Positions 10,239 to 20,961 of a stretch of 50,010 nucleotides of DNA are shown here, one piece after another. Position numbers and translations under genes: made by a program. This DNA is from Natronomonas sp. (GTDB lineage: Archaea; Halobacteriota; Halobacteria; Halobacteriales; Haloarculaceae). The stretch is taken from contig NZ_JBKEGK010000001.1 in the NCBI RefSeq assembly GCF_046710025.1, positions 1-50,010 on the forward strand, read 5' to 3'. Position 1 is the first letter of the stretch, and each line of letters opens with the position of its first letter. Under the pieces are notes generated by a model. It was given only the letters and a program-made list of their open reading frames with translations, was not told the DNA's origin and searched no databases.

Positions 10239-11411
10239 ATGTCAAGCGACGCGGAGCACCAGAGTGCGGGAGTATCACGGCGAAAATATCTGTTGACGTC
10301 AGCCGCTGCCGTCGGCGGCGTCGGCCTCGCTGGGTGTAGCAGCAGCGACACCAGTAACACCAACAGCGGCGAGGGCGGAAACGGTGATGCCGATAGCAGC
10401 ACCAGTTCGGATTCCGGATCGTCGGGGCCGTCGACGGTGACCGCCGAAGGCTCGTCGACCGTGTATCCGATTTCGAATAAAGGCAGTTCCTATTGGAACT
10501 CGAACTCGCCCCCGAGCGACGGGGAGTACTGGGGATCCAACGACGAGGGGTCGGTTCCGGGCTGGGACCAGATACAGACCGATGAAAACATCGCGGACTA
10601 CTTTGCGGGACTGTACGGGTTCGAAGCGACCGGCGAACGGTCGAACCCCCCCTTCGGGACGCGGGTGGCGCTGAGTCACTCCGGGACGGGGTGTGAGGCC
10701 GTCCGCGACGGGCTCGTCGATATCGGCAACTCCTCCGGGCCGATCACGGCGGAACTCGGCATTAGCGAGCAACAGCGCGATGATAACTACGTCGATCACG
10801 TCGTCGGCCGTGACGGGCAGCCCGTCTTCGTCAGTCAGGCAGTCTACGACGCCGGCGTCGAACAGCTCACCGGCGAGCAGATCCGCGGTATCTACCAGGG
10901 CGACATCGCCAACTGGAGCGAGGTCGGCGGTCCGGATCAAGAAATCTACGTCGTCGGGCGCGCAGAAGGTTCCGGAACGGATACCACGTTCCGGCTGAAC
11001 ATGCTCGGTGACGCCGAGGCACCGATGGATGTCGACACCCGCCTCGGGCAGAACCAGCAGGTCCAACAGGTCCTCCAGAACAACGACAATGCCATTGGGT
11101 ACATGGCGCTCGCGTTCTCCGGGCCGGGGATCCAGGCGGTCGCGATCGACTTCGACGGGACAGTATTCCAGCCCGACCCCGACGCGGAGAACACCATCTT
11201 CGACGCCGAGTACCCGTTGAATCGGGACCTCCACATGTACACCCGGATCAACGAGGAGACGCCCGACGGGACGGACATGCGGGAGGCCGCCTTCCTCAAC
11301 ATGTTCCTGACCGACTTCGGCCAGCAGGTGTTCGTCGAGGATGTCAACTACATCACGCTGCCGACCTCCGATCTGGACGCCGAAAAGCAGAAACTCCCCG
11401 AGCAGATGTAG
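10239..11411 (+). CDS. pstS: Phosphate ABC transporter substrate-binding lipoprotein PstS
   Basis: Tat signal SRRKYL plus lipobox LAGC; GSSTVYP, SHSGTG, RAEGSGT, YPLNRDL. Confidence 0.93.
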   Translation: MSSDAEHQSAGVSRRKYLLTSAAAVGGVGLAGCSSSDTSNTNSGEGGNGDADSSTSSDSGSSGPSTVTAEGSSTVYPISNKGSSYWNSNSPPSDGEYWGSNDEGSVPGWDQIQTDENIADYFAGLYGFEATGERSNPPFGTRVALSHSGTGCEAVRDGLVDIGNSSGPITAELGISEQQRDDNYVDHVVGRDGQPVFVSQAVYDAGVEQLTGEQIRGIYQGDIANWSEVGGPDQEIYVVGRAEGSGTDTTFRLNMLGDAEAPMDVDTRLGQNQQVQQVLQNNDNAIGYMALAFSGPGIQAVAIDFDGTVFQPDPDAENTIFDAEYPLNRDLHMYTRINEETPDGTDMREAAFLNMFLTDFGQQVFVEDVNYITLPTSDLDAEKQKLPEQM

Positions 11412-11454
11412 GCCGATCGAACGCAACTCACCTGTTTTCGACGGATGATACACA

Positions 11455-12591
11455 ATGGATTCATTCACTGATACAGAGGTCGGCGGTTGGGAGGCCCGTG
11501 CGGAACGATACTCGGGCCGCGTTCGGACGTTCATCACCGAGACGGATCCGGGTGCGCTGGCCGTCGTCGCTCTATCTATGGGGTCGTTATTGCTCGCTTT
11601 CGCCGGATTCCTGTCGGCGTCACCCCTGGCTGCGGTGCCGTTCGGCGTGTTCGTCCTCTCGACCGGGTACGGGTGGGTGCGGCACCAGGCACTCATCGCT
11701 CGCGCAGTCACCTTCGCCATGACGACGGTGACACTCGTCACACTCGGATTGATCATCGCCTTCATTTTCGTCGAATCGGCCGCCGCCTTCCGGTACGAGA
11801 GCGTGACCGTCTTCGGCGTCTCAGTTCCGGGGCTGGGGATGTTCGTTCAGACGCGGTGGGACGCGGTTTCGGATCCGGTTCGATATTCGTTGGTGCCGAT
11901 GATCCACGGCACGGCGATGGTGACCGCCATCGCGACGCTGGTCGCGGCACCGCTCGGTGTCGCCGCCGCGCTCTTCATTTCCGAGATCGCCCCGCCGGCC
12001 GTTCGCGAGGCCGTCAAGCCCGGGATCGAGGTTTTGGCGGGAATCCCTTCGATCGTGTACGGCTTCATCGGATTCACCATCATCAACCCGTGGGCAGGCG
12101 AGGAATTCGCCCTGAACGGCGGCTCGACATACCTGTTCGTCGGGATCGTCGTGGGGCTCATGGCACTGCCGACGGTCGTCTCGGTCGCGGAGGACGCGCT
12201 CACGAGCGTTCCGGATTCCATGAAGGACGGGTCGCTCGCTCTTGGGGCGACGGAGTGGCAATCGATGACGTCAATCACGCTGCCTGCGGCCTTCTCCGGT
12301 GTTTCGGCGGCCGTGTTGCTCGGCGTCGGCCGGGCCATCGGCGAGACGATGGCCGCGACCGTCATGTTGGCTGGCGTGCAAAAGATCCCTGAACCAATAA
12401 CTAACGTGTTCTATGGCTACGAGACGCTCACGTCCCTGATCGCCGCCAATTACGGGAACGCGAGCGGCACCCAAGAGAGCGCGCTGTTCGCGGCTGGCGT
12501 CGTCCTGTTCGTGACTGTGCTGTCTCTCAGCGTCGCCTCGCAGTACATTGAGGCGCGCATGCGCCAGCGTCTCGGAGGTGAGCGAACGTGA
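11455..12591 (+). CDS. pstC: Phosphate ABC transporter permease PstC
   Basis: LAGIPSIVYG, EAA-like SLALGAT, RAIGETMA. Confidence 0.95.
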   Translation: MDSFTDTEVGGWEARAERYSGRVRTFITETDPGALAVVALSMGSLLLAFAGFLSASPLAAVPFGVFVLSTGYGWVRHQALIARAVTFAMTTVTLVTLGLIIAFIFVESAAAFRYESVTVFGVSVPGLGMFVQTRWDAVSDPVRYSLVPMIHGTAMVTAIATLVAAPLGVAAALFISEIAPPAVREAVKPGIEVLAGIPSIVYGFIGFTIINPWAGEEFALNGGSTYLFVGIVVGLMALPTVVSVAEDALTSVPDSMKDGSLALGATEWQSMTSITLPAAFSGVSAAVLLGVGRAIGETMAATVMLAGVQKIPEPITNVFYGYETLTSLIAANYGNASGTQESALFAAGVVLFVTVLSLSVASQYIEARMRQRLGGERT

Positions 12592-14156
12592 GTCGCGCGA
12601 CCCAGAACGCGCTCGTCCGCGAGGACCGCGGCGGGTACGAGGCAGTCGCCGCGTCCGCGGTCGGGCTCTCCGGGGTGGTTTTCGCCGTCGGTTTGGCCAC
12701 GCTCGTCGATATCGTCTCGATCACGACTCCCGTCGGAAACGGCACGCTGTCTGTGGCTCTCGGTGCGGCACTTCTGGGACTCGGTCTGGGAACCAGCGGG
12801 TTGGGCCTCGCATCGCGGCTCGGCTACGTCGATGCCAGCCCTCAGCCGAGTGCGGGTGTCGTCGCTGCGACCGCGTTCGCCGGCGTCTGGTTCGTTATCG
12901 GCGCATTCGCCGCACAGGAAGCGGGCCTTGGAACGCCGGGGTGGCTGGCGATCGGATTCGTCTCGGGTGCTGCCGCGTTCTTGCTGACGGCGCTCCGGCG
13001 GGAGGACGTCGGATCGACGCTCCCGGCCGGGAGCGTCGCCGTCCTCTTTGGAGTGGCGCTCGTGACCGGATTCGCGGGACCGGGGTGGGAGCGCGTTCTC
13101 GTCGGGTACAACGCGACGCTATTCGGGGACACGGTCATCCCGGTTGTCACGATGGTCGCGTCGCTGCTGACCGGATGGGCGGCCGCGAAGTCCTACGGTG
13201 GCTTCGGTGCCCGGGGACGCAACATCGGTGCATACGTGCTGATCTATCTGATCGTCCTCTCGATTCTGGCGGTTCTCGTCGGTCTCCTCGCGTTCGTCAT
13301 CATCAGGGGACTTCCCGGGCTCTTGAACGGGGTAGCTGTCGGTGGCGATCAGCTCCTCAGGTGGCCGTTCCTGACGAACGGGGCCTCGCTGCTGGCGGAG
13401 GTCCCCGGCGTGTTCCCCGCATTGATCGGGACGGTCTGGCTGGTTATCGGTGCCGTCCTCTTTGCGGTGCCGACCGGCGTCGGTGCGGCGGTGTTTCTTA
13501 GCGAGTTCGCAGAACAGGGGCGATTCACCGGAGTCGTCGAAGTCGCAACCAACGGCCTCTGGAGCACGCCCAGTATCGTCTTCGGGCTGTTCGGGGCCGC
13601 GTTCCTCATCCCCCGGTTCGGCAATCAGAAGTCACTGATCGCGGGGATGTTGACGCTCGGGTTCATGCTGTTACCGCTGGTACTCATCACGAGCCGGGAA
13701 GCCATTTTGGCAGTCCCGGACGAGTACCGTGACGCAAGTGCGGCACTCGGCGTCTCCAAGTGGGAAACGATCCGAAGCGTCGTTCTGCCGGCTGCGATCC
13801 CTGGGATCACGACCGGCATCATCCTCGGTGTCGGTCGGATCGCCGGCGAAACGGCACCGATCCTGTTGACGACTGGAGGGGGCGTCCTTCCGGGGAGATC
13901 GGCTGCTCCGAACGTGCTCGGCGGATTTCAACTGAGCGCGTCTCCGCCGTTCGTCACGAACCCCGCGCTGCTCGAGGCCACCAGCGCGCTCCCGTATCAG
14001 CTATACGCGCTCATCACGGCCGGGCTGAGCGGGAACATCGAGGATCCCCAGCAGTTCGCGTGGGGGCTGGCACTGACCTTGCTGCTCGTCGTGTTGCTGT
14101 TCTACGCGGGCGGCATCGCGACGCGGTACTACTTCAGGAAGAAGCTCCACCAATGA
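12588..14156 (+). CDS. pstA: Phosphate ABC transporter permease PstA with extended N-terminal TM region
   Basis: [25 protein letters not shown]; GTGA overlap with pstC. Confidence 0.93.
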   Translation: MSRATQNALVREDRGGYEAVAASAVGLSGVVFAVGLATLVDIVSITTPVGNGTLSVALGAALLGLGLGTSGLGLASRLGYVDASPQPSAGVVAATAFAGVWFVIGAFAAQEAGLGTPGWLAIGFVSGAAAFLLTALRREDVGSTLPAGSVAVLFGVALVTGFAGPGWERVLVGYNATLFGDTVIPVVTMVASLLTGWAAAKSYGGFGARGRNIGAYVLIYLIVLSILAVLVGLLAFVIIRGLPGLLNGVAVGGDQLLRWPFLTNGASLLAEVPGVFPALIGTVWLVIGAVLFAVPTGVGAAVFLSEFAEQGRFTGVVEVATNGLWSTPSIVFGLFGAAFLIPRFGNQKSLIAGMLTLGFMLLPLVLITSREAILAVPDEYRDASAALGVSKWETIRSVVLPAAIPGITTGIILGVGRIAGETAPILLTTGGGVLPGRSAAPNVLGGFQLSASPPFVTNPALLEATSALPYQLYALITAGLSGNIEDPQQFAWGLALTLLLVVLLFYAGGIATRYYFRKKLHQ

Positions 14157-15073
14157 GTCAGATAGATCCGGAAAACGCTGCCGAGCAGGAGAACCGAGCC
14201 AACGACCAGTCGGTCTCGACGACCGACGGCGAGACGGTCGAGGAAACGCGCCCGGAGTGGACAGAGCACGACACCGACGCCGAAACGAAACTCGCTGTCG
14301 AGGGGTTGGACGTTTACTACAACGACGACCGCGCACTGAATAACGTCTCGATGGACATCCCCGAACGGAGCGTAACTGCGCTCATCGGCCCGTCAGGCTG
14401 CGGTAAATCGACGTTTTTGCGGTGTCTAAACCGCATGAACGATCGTATCCGGAGCGCCACCGTCGATGGAACCGTCGAGCTTGACGGGACGGACATCTAC
14501 GACGGCGGTGTCGACCTCGTCGAGTTGCGCAAGCGCGTGGGTATGGTGTTCCAGAGTCCCAACCCGTTTCCGAAGTCGATTCGCGACAACGTCTCCTACG
14601 GCCCGCGAAAACACGGCGATATCGAGACGGGGGTGCTCTCGCGGTTGACGGGGCGTGACGGGTCCGAACGCGAAGCGGAGCTCGTCGAGCGGTCGTTGAA
14701 GCAAGCCGCACTCTGGAGCGAGGTCAGAGATCGACTGTCCGACAATGCCCTCGGACTGTCCGGCGGCCAACAACAGCGGCTGTGTATCGCACGATGCCTG
14801 GCGGTCGACCCGGAGGTCATCCTGATGGACGAGCCGGCGTCGGCACTCGACCCGATCGCCACCTCGAAGATCGAGGACCTCATTGCGGAACTCTCCGAGG
14901 AGTACACGGTCGTGATAGTCACGCACAGCATGCAACAGGCCGCCCGCGTCTCCGATCAGACCGCAGTCTTCCTCACCGGCGGTGAGCTCGTCGAATACGA
15001 CGACACGGAGCGGATCTTTGAGAACCCCGAGAGCCAGCGGGTCGCGGACTACATCAGCGGCAAGTTCGGGTAA
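14153..15073 (+). CDS. pstB: Phosphate ABC transporter ATPase PstB
   Basis: [38 protein letters not shown]; ATG at 14153 overlaps the pstA stop. Confidence 0.96.
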   Translation: MSQIDPENAAEQENRANDQSVSTTDGETVEETRPEWTEHDTDAETKLAVEGLDVYYNDDRALNNVSMDIPERSVTALIGPSGCGKSTFLRCLNRMNDRIRSATVDGTVELDGTDIYDGGVDLVELRKRVGMVFQSPNPFPKSIRDNVSYGPRKHGDIETGVLSRLTGRDGSEREAELVERSLKQAALWSEVRDRLSDNALGLSGGQQQRLCIARCLAVDPEVILMDEPASALDPIATSKIEDLIAELSEEYTVVIVTHSMQQAARVSDQTAVFLTGGELVEYDDTERIFENPESQRVADYISGKFG

Positions 15074-15171
15074 AGATCACCGCGAGGAGTCGTCTCCGCA
15101 CCGGTCTCCCGCGTCGTGCCGGTGTCAAATCACGGGATGCCGGTCGTCGGTTCCCGGCTGTCGTCGAACGC

Positions 15172-16122
15172 TTATTCTCCGTTGGGATCCGGCTGATACC
15201 GCTGTATCGTTTCCTCGAGTTCGGCCCACTCGATGGGCGGCTCTACGCCTTCGAGTTCGTCCTCGAACGACCCGATCCGATCCCCGAACCGCTCCCGCCA
15301 CGCGGGGTCGGCGACCTCGGCGAGTCGCTGGCCGACGCGGTCACGGCGCGTTGCCAACTCGTCGAGTTTCGGTTCGACGTTCGGCGGCTGCTCGGTGCCC
15401 TCCCGATCGGCCCACTCTCGAAGTGCCGCCAGTTCCGTTCGCAGATCCGCGACCAGCAGCGCGGCGACGCGATGTTGGATCGACGCCGCGGCCCACGCGA
15501 CCGCCGGGTCGGCCCCCGCGCCGGTGCCGTCCGTCGATAGCGTCTCGACGGTGGCTTCGATTCTCCCGAGCGACTCCTCGATCGCGTCGATGTCTTCGGT
15601 GAGCGCTTCGACGCGACGGTCGGAGGTTTCGAGCCACGCTTCTACGGGGTCCAGCTCGAACTGAAGATCGTCTGCGTCGCGTTGGACCTCCTTCGCTGTG
15701 GCCGTAAGCCGTCGGATCTCCACGGCGAGTTCGTAGAGACCGCTCTCGTCTCTGTCGTCGACGATCCCTTGGAGGTGCTCGCCGAGAGTGGTCGTTCGTT
15801 CTTGGATGGATTCGAGCCGGGCTCCGAAGCGATCCAGCCGGGCCGCGACGTGGTCCAAATCGGAGACGGGAGCAGCCGTCTCCCGGGCATCGTTCAGTCT
15901 CCCGGCCGCCAATTCGGCCCGTGTTTCGGCGGTCGTCACCACCTTTGACGCGTTCGAGAGCGCGTCGTCGACAGCCGCCCGGCGAACGGTTCCCTCGTCG
16001 GAGACGATGGCGAGCGTCTCGCGGATCGTTTCGCGGTCAGCCGAGTCGTCAATCTCGTCGACAGCTGCCTCCAGCGATAGTCCATCGAGCTCCGTTCGGT
16101 CACCGTCCTGTCGTCGACTCAT
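15172..16122 (-). CDS. Haloarchaeal coiled-coil protein ('halo transducer protein'-like), function unknown
   Basis: 316-aa acidic all-helical ORF with host-like codon usage; SKVVTTAETR and PPIEW motifs; no MCP signalling hairpin seen. Confidence 0.6.
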   Translation of the reverse strand: MSRRQDGDRTELDGLSLEAAVDEIDDSADRETIRETLAIVSDEGTVRRAAVDDALSNASKVVTTAETRAELAAGRLNDARETAAPVSDLDHVAARLDRFGARLESIQERTTTLGEHLQGIVDDRDESGLYELAVEIRRLTATAKEVQRDADDLQFELDPVEAWLETSDRRVEALTEDIDAIEESLGRIEATVETLSTDGTGAGADPAVAWAAASIQHRVAALLVADLRTELAALREWADREGTEQPPNVEPKLDELATRRDRVGQRLAEVADPAWRERFGDRIGSFEDELEGVEPPIEWAELEETIQRYQPDPNGE

Positions 16123-16383
16123 ATGGGATCGATGTGGCCGGTGTGGTGTTAGTCATTCGATGTGGAGCACGATCGGCGATACGACAGCGCGATCGGGCGC
16201 GACCGGGCTAGACGGTTTTAATTAACACAGAACTGCACATCCCGGATACGAGGCTCCCGAGACGCGCCGACGTACGCGGCCTACGACTACACTCGAAACG
16301 AAACGACGGGCACAAGCGTTCGGTAATGCGGATCGCGACCCGCCTGGGTGGTTAGCGATACCGGTTACTCGCGCAACAAAAGG

Positions 16384-16390
16384 TATAAAA
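16384..16390 (+). promoter_or_regulatory. TATA box of the tup operon
   Basis: TATAAAA ends 23 nt before ATG 16414. Confidence 0.55.
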
Positions 16391-16413
16391 GATGTCGAGT
16401 CGATGGTGTGTCC

Positions 16414-17400
16414 ATGACGATACAACGACGACGGTTCATTGCGGCAATCGGGACGGGAGCACTTGCTGGCGTGGCCGGGTGCTCACAGCAGTCCGGCGGC
16501 GGCGACGAATCCGACGGCTCAGACGACTCCGGTGAGATGGACGGATCGGACTCGTCAAGCAACGGCGGTAGCGACGACGGACCCGGCGTCGCCGGCGAGA
16601 CGCTGACGCTCACCACGACGACGAGTACCTACGATACGGGGCTGCTCGACGCGATCCATCCCGACTTCGAAGAGATGTACGGCGTCTCGGTCGACGCGGT
16701 CGCACAGGGAACCGGTGCGGCCCTCGAAACGGCCCGCAACGGGGACTCGGATATCGTGATGGTCCACGCCCGCGGCCTCGAGGACGAGTTCATGCGCAAC
16801 GGCTACGGTATCAACCGCCGCGACCTGATGTTCAACGACTTTGTCATCGTCGGCCCGACTGACGATCCGGCGGGCATCGAGGGGATGGGGTCGGCAACCG
16901 AGGCGCTCACCGCAATCGCGGACGCAGAGGCGGCGTTCGTCTCGCGGGGGGACAACTCCGGGACGCACACCAAAGAGCTCAATCTGTGGGATGCCGCCGG
17001 CACCGATCCGGGCGGTGACTGGTATCAAGAGACCGGCTCGGGGATGGGCGAGGCACTAAACATCGCCAACCAGCAGGGCGCGTACACGCTCTCGGACCGC
17101 GGGACGTTCATCTCCCAGCGCTCGGAGATCGATCTCACCATCCTGGTGCAGGGCCCGATCGGGGACGGGCCGGAGATCCTCGCAAACCCCTACGGCGTCA
17201 TGGCCGTCAACCCGGGCGTCCACGACAACGCCAACTACGACCTCGCGATGGCCTACATCGGCTGGATCACCAGCCCGGGAGTCCAAGAGATGATCTCGGA
17301 TTACGAATCCAACGGGGAGCAGTTGTTCTTCCCCGAGGCGGTCTCGGAGAACCCCGACTTCCAGCAGTACGTTCCGGACGGCTGGAGCAGCGGCGAATAA
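16414..17400 (+). CDS. tupA: Tungstate ABC transporter substrate-binding lipoprotein TupA
   Basis: Tat RRRF plus VAGC lipobox; [36 protein letters not shown] TupA motifs. Confidence 0.92.
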   Translation: MTIQRRRFIAAIGTGALAGVAGCSQQSGGGDESDGSDDSGEMDGSDSSSNGGSDDGPGVAGETLTLTTTTSTYDTGLLDAIHPDFEEMYGVSVDAVAQGTGAALETARNGDSDIVMVHARGLEDEFMRNGYGINRRDLMFNDFVIVGPTDDPAGIEGMGSATEALTAIADAEAAFVSRGDNSGTHTKELNLWDAAGTDPGGDWYQETGSGMGEALNIANQQGAYTLSDRGTFISQRSEIDLTILVQGPIGDGPEILANPYGVMAVNPGVHDNANYDLAMAYIGWITSPGVQEMISDYESNGEQLFFPEAVSENPDFQQYVPDGWSSGE

Positions 17401-17406
17401 AACGAC

Positions 17407-18126
17407 GTGCCGCTCGAGCCAGCCGTCGAACTGCTGCCCGCACTGCTCGAGTTCCCGTTCAGGGAAGGGTATGTCACGAGCATTATCTATGTCTCGCTGT
17501 ACGTAAGCATCATCGCGGTCTCGTTGAGCACGCTGGTCAGCGTTCCGGTCGCCATCGTGATGGGGTTCGTCGACTTCCGCGGAAAGCAGTTCGTGAAGTC
17601 GGTGATCAACACCGGGATGGGGTTTCCGAGCGTGGTCGTCGGCCTGCTCGTCCTGTTCGCCGTCTCGAATCAGGGCCCGCTCGGCTCTCTCGAGTTGATC
17701 TTCACCAAGAAGGCGATGATCATGTCGCAGTTCGTGCTCGCGACGCCACCGATCACGGCGATCAGCCTCGCGGCCGTCACCGGCGTGGAGGGAAACGTTC
17801 GCGATGCGGCCCGGGTTCTCGGTGGCACCCGCCTTGACGCGGCGTTGGTCGTCATCAAGGAGGCACGGTACGGGATCGCAACGGCAGTGCTTGCGGGGTT
17901 CGGGCGCGCGATCAGCGAGGTCGGCTCCGTGCTCATCGTCGGCGGAAACATCACCAGCTCGGACGGGATATCGAAGACGCGTACCCTGACGACCGCGGTC
18001 CAACTCGAGGCACGCCAGGGACGATACGAGACCGCAATGGTGCTCGGGGCGGTGCTGGTCGCGATCGTGCTGCTCGTCAACGCCGTCGTCGTTCGGCTCG
18101 GCGATACTGGTGGGGTGGGCCGATGA
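17407..18126 (+). CDS. tupB: Tungstate ABC transporter permease TupB
   Basis: [35 protein letters not shown]. Confidence 0.92.
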   Translation: MPLEPAVELLPALLEFPFREGYVTSIIYVSLYVSIIAVSLSTLVSVPVAIVMGFVDFRGKQFVKSVINTGMGFPSVVVGLLVLFAVSNQGPLGSLELIFTKKAMIMSQFVLATPPITAISLAAVTGVEGNVRDAARVLGGTRLDAALVVIKEARYGIATAVLAGFGRAISEVGSVLIVGGNITSSDGISKTRTLTTAVQLEARQGRYETAMVLGAVLVAIVLLVNAVVVRLGDTGGVGR

Positions 18127-18887
18127 TACGCCTCTCGAACGTGTCGCACGCCTACGGGGACGACCCCGTGCTCAATGACCTCTCGATGTCCGTCGACCCC
18201 GGGGAGGTGGTCGCGATCATCGGCCCCTCGGGCGTCGGGAAGACGACGCTGTTGCGGATCCTCGCGCTGTTCATCCAGCCGAGTTCGGGAACGACCGAGT
18301 TGGACGGGCAAGCGGTGTGGTCGGTCGGCGAGAGCGAGCGACTGGCGCTTCGCCGCCGCATCGGCATGGTGTTTCAGGAGGCGAGCCTCTTCGACGCCTC
18401 CGTCGCCCGGAACGTTGAGTACGGCCTGCGGGTCCGGGAGTCGTGGCCCGATCGGCTCTGGAGCCAGTTGTGGTCGGTGCTCGGGTCGAACGGGACGTCC
18501 GAGGCAGTCAGGGAGGCCCTCGAAATCGTCGGTCTCGACGACAGACTCGAACAGGAGGCCGGCTCGCTCTCCGGAGGGGAAGCACAGCGGGTCTCGTTCG
18601 CGCGGGCGCTGGCGTACGAGCCAAAGTATCTCATGCTCGACGAGCCGACGTCTGATCTCGACCCCCGGAATACGGGGCTGATCGAGGCGGCGATCGGCGA
18701 GGCTCGCGAGCGCGGCATCGGCGTCGCGGTCGCGACCCACGATATGCACCAGGCCGAGCGGGTCGCGGACCGGGTGGGGGTGCTCCTCGGCGACGGCTTC
18801 ACCGAGATCGGTCCTACGGAGAGAGTGTTCGAGGACCCGGCTGACGACCGGACGCGGAAGTTCATCTCCGGCGAGTTGGTGTATTGA
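18123..18887 (+). CDS. tupC: Tungstate ABC transporter ATPase TupC
   Basis: [22 protein letters not shown]; coupled to tupB. Confidence 0.88.
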   Translation: MIRLSNVSHAYGDDPVLNDLSMSVDPGEVVAIIGPSGVGKTTLLRILALFIQPSSGTTELDGQAVWSVGESERLALRRRIGMVFQEASLFDASVARNVEYGLRVRESWPDRLWSQLWSVLGSNGTSEAVREALEIVGLDDRLEQEAGSLSGGEAQRVSFARALAYEPKYLMLDEPTSDLDPRNTGLIEAAIGEARERGIGVAVATHDMHQAERVADRVGVLLGDGFTEIGPTERVFEDPADDRTRKFISGELVY

Positions 18888-18998
18888 TCCGGGGAGCCGA
18901 ACCGACGCCATCGCGTCCTCAAGATGTCGGGCCGATCGCCCTCGGCGACCGCCACAACGAACAGAACAGCTTTTATCCCCCGTTGGTCGAGACAGTAT

Positions 18999-19757
18999 AT
19001 GGATGTCGGTGTCGAAGCACACTTGCGGGCCGACGACGTGACGTTCGGGGCGGCCGACGCCGAGTTGCTTCGCTCGGTCGAGGCGCGCGAGTCGGTCCGG
19101 GGCGCAGCCGAGGTGCTCGGGCGCTCGCGAGCGCGAGCACTAAACCGCATCGCGGCGTTGGAGGAGGGTTTCGGGCCGCTGGTCGAGCGACAGCGCGGCG
19201 GCGCTGACGGCGGCGGCAGCCGACTCACCGCGGACGCCGAGACGCTTCTCGCCCGGTTCGACCGCCTGCGAGCGACGCTCTCGGAGACGGCGGCGGTCTC
19301 CGAATCGGTCCTCTCCGGGAAGATACTCGACCGCGAAGGCGAGTTTGGATCGGTGAAGACCGACGCGGGGGTGGTTCGGGCGCTACTCGTCGATCGGGTG
19401 CTCGCGAACGGCGGCGAGGGTGGCGATCGTGAGGGGATGCCCGAGGACAGATCGGCGCAACTCGACGTCGGCGCGCAAGTACAGGTGAGCGTCCAGGCCG
19501 ACGCAGTCACGCTGTATCGCCCCCCCGACGCACCCAGCGATGGCGAGACGAGCGCCCGGAACCGCCTCTCTGGAACCGTCGCCTACGTCGAGGCGGGTGA
19601 GTCGATCGTCCGCGTTGGCGTCGAGGTGGGCGCTGATGCGCCCCTCGTAGCGTTAGTAACCCAGGAAAGCCGCCGTCGTCTGGGGATCGAACCGGGCATG
19701 GAGGTCGTCGCGTCGTTCAAGACTACGGCAACACGGGCCACGGCAAACGATTACTGA
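18999..19757 (+). CDS. ModE-like regulator (N-terminal HTH plus TOBE/Mop domain)
   Basis: LVERQRGGADGGGSRLT (ModE wing), TSARNRLSGTV (Mop), VVASFKT; TTTTAT box at 18971. Confidence 0.87.
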   Translation: MDVGVEAHLRADDVTFGAADAELLRSVEARESVRGAAEVLGRSRARALNRIAALEEGFGPLVERQRGGADGGGSRLTADAETLLARFDRLRATLSETAAVSESVLSGKILDREGEFGSVKTDAGVVRALLVDRVLANGGEGGDREGMPEDRSAQLDVGAQVQVSVQADAVTLYRPPDAPSDGETSARNRLSGTVAYVEAGESIVRVGVEVGADAPLVALVTQESRRRLGIEPGMEVVASFKTTATRATANDY

Positions 19758-19896
19758 ACCGGCTCCCGGGCGTCCAGTCGGGACCTCGGCGGCACCCGAT
19801 ATCCGGCTAGCGGGGTGAATCTCAATACCCGACCGGAGGCATATATATCACTATTACCAACCCACAGGTGTCGCCATGTTGATAAGCGATCATCGC

Positions 19897-20943
19897 ATGG
19901 CCACCGAAAAGCAAGTCACGTTGCCGCCGGCGTACGCTGATCTCCACGTCGGCATCGCGCTGTTTGACCCGGATTTGGGAGCCGTTTTGGACGCGAACGA
20001 CTGGGTGGAGACGATACTCGGCTACACTGTCTCGGAGTTGCGCGGACTCCCGGTCGAGGCGTACACCGCGAACACCTACCCGCGGTCGGGTGACGATCTG
20101 AAGACCCGACTCCGGGCGAGTACCGGAGGGCGTCCACAGCGGTTCACCTGGCGGGCAAAGCGGGCAGACGGTGAACTCGTCTGGGTGCAGGTCCGCTCCT
20201 CGCGTCGGCGCCTGGACGGACAAGAGTGCGTGTACGCCGAGTTGCAGGACATAACCGAGTACTACGACACGTACCACCGCGCGGAACTGTTCTGGCGGGT
20301 CCTCAGACACAATCTGCGGAACGAGGCGACGGTCATCTCGGGCAACGCGACCCCCATCGCGGAGCGCGCCGACGCCGAGCGGTTACGGAAGGCCGGCGAG
20401 ACGATCCGGTTGCGGGCCGAGAAACTCGGGAAGATGGCCGACTCCGTCGAGGAGATCCAGCGGGCGGTCGCCGGGGCGGACACACAGCGGGTCCGAAAGC
20501 ACGCGACCGTCGCTGTGCGAACCGTCGCAAACGAAGTCTCGGCCGACTACCCCGGCGCAGAGGTCGTCGTCACCGAACGCGAAGGGATGTGGATCTGCGT
20601 CGACGACGCGTTCGCCGATGCGCTCTCACACGCCCTTGAAAACGCCGTCGTTCACTCCGAGTCGGTGGAGCCGACCGTCCAGGTCGGCGTCGGCCCCTCG
20701 CCGAACACCGGGCGCGTCGAGATCCGGATCAGCGACGGAAACTCGCCGATACCCGAGGGCGAACTCGACGCGCTGTTCGATCCGGACATAACGACGAGCA
20801 CGTCCCACGGCACCGGAATCGGCCTGTTCGTCATGAAGTGGTGCGTGGAGTCGCTCGGCGGCGAGGTCAGGTTCGAACGCTCCGAGAAGGGCAACGACGT
20901 CTACTTCTATTTGCCGCCGGAGGCGTCCCCCGACGAGGGGTGA
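19897..20943 (+). CDS. PAS-domain sensor histidine kinase (orphan)
   Basis: PAS (DAND..ILGY; KRADGELVWV), H-box LRHNLRN, N-box ENAVVH, G-boxes ISDGN and GTGIGL; start 19876 or 19897. Confidence 0.88.
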   Translation: MATEKQVTLPPAYADLHVGIALFDPDLGAVLDANDWVETILGYTVSELRGLPVEAYTANTYPRSGDDLKTRLRASTGGRPQRFTWRAKRADGELVWVQVRSSRRRLDGQECVYAELQDITEYYDTYHRAELFWRVLRHNLRNEATVISGNATPIAERADAERLRKAGETIRLRAEKLGKMADSVEEIQRAVAGADTQRVRKHATVAVRTVANEVSADYPGAEVVVTEREGMWICVDDAFADALSHALENAVVHSESVEPTVQVGVGPSPNTGRVEIRISDGNSPIPEGELDALFDPDITTSTSHGTGIGLFVMKWCVESLGGEVRFERSEKGNDVYFYLPPEASPDEG

Positions 20944-20961
20944 CTCCGGATCGGACGAACG

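Noticed and set aside
10299-11765. Long antisense ORFs (e.g. 10299-11765, 17670-19022, 18374-19510, 21646-22716, 5895-6836)
   Set aside because: Shadow frames of real genes in GC-rich DNA with atypical composition and no motifs
13760-14152. N-terminal extension of the PstB ORF
   Set aside because: It overlaps pstA; the ATGA-coupled start at 14153 is the plausible one
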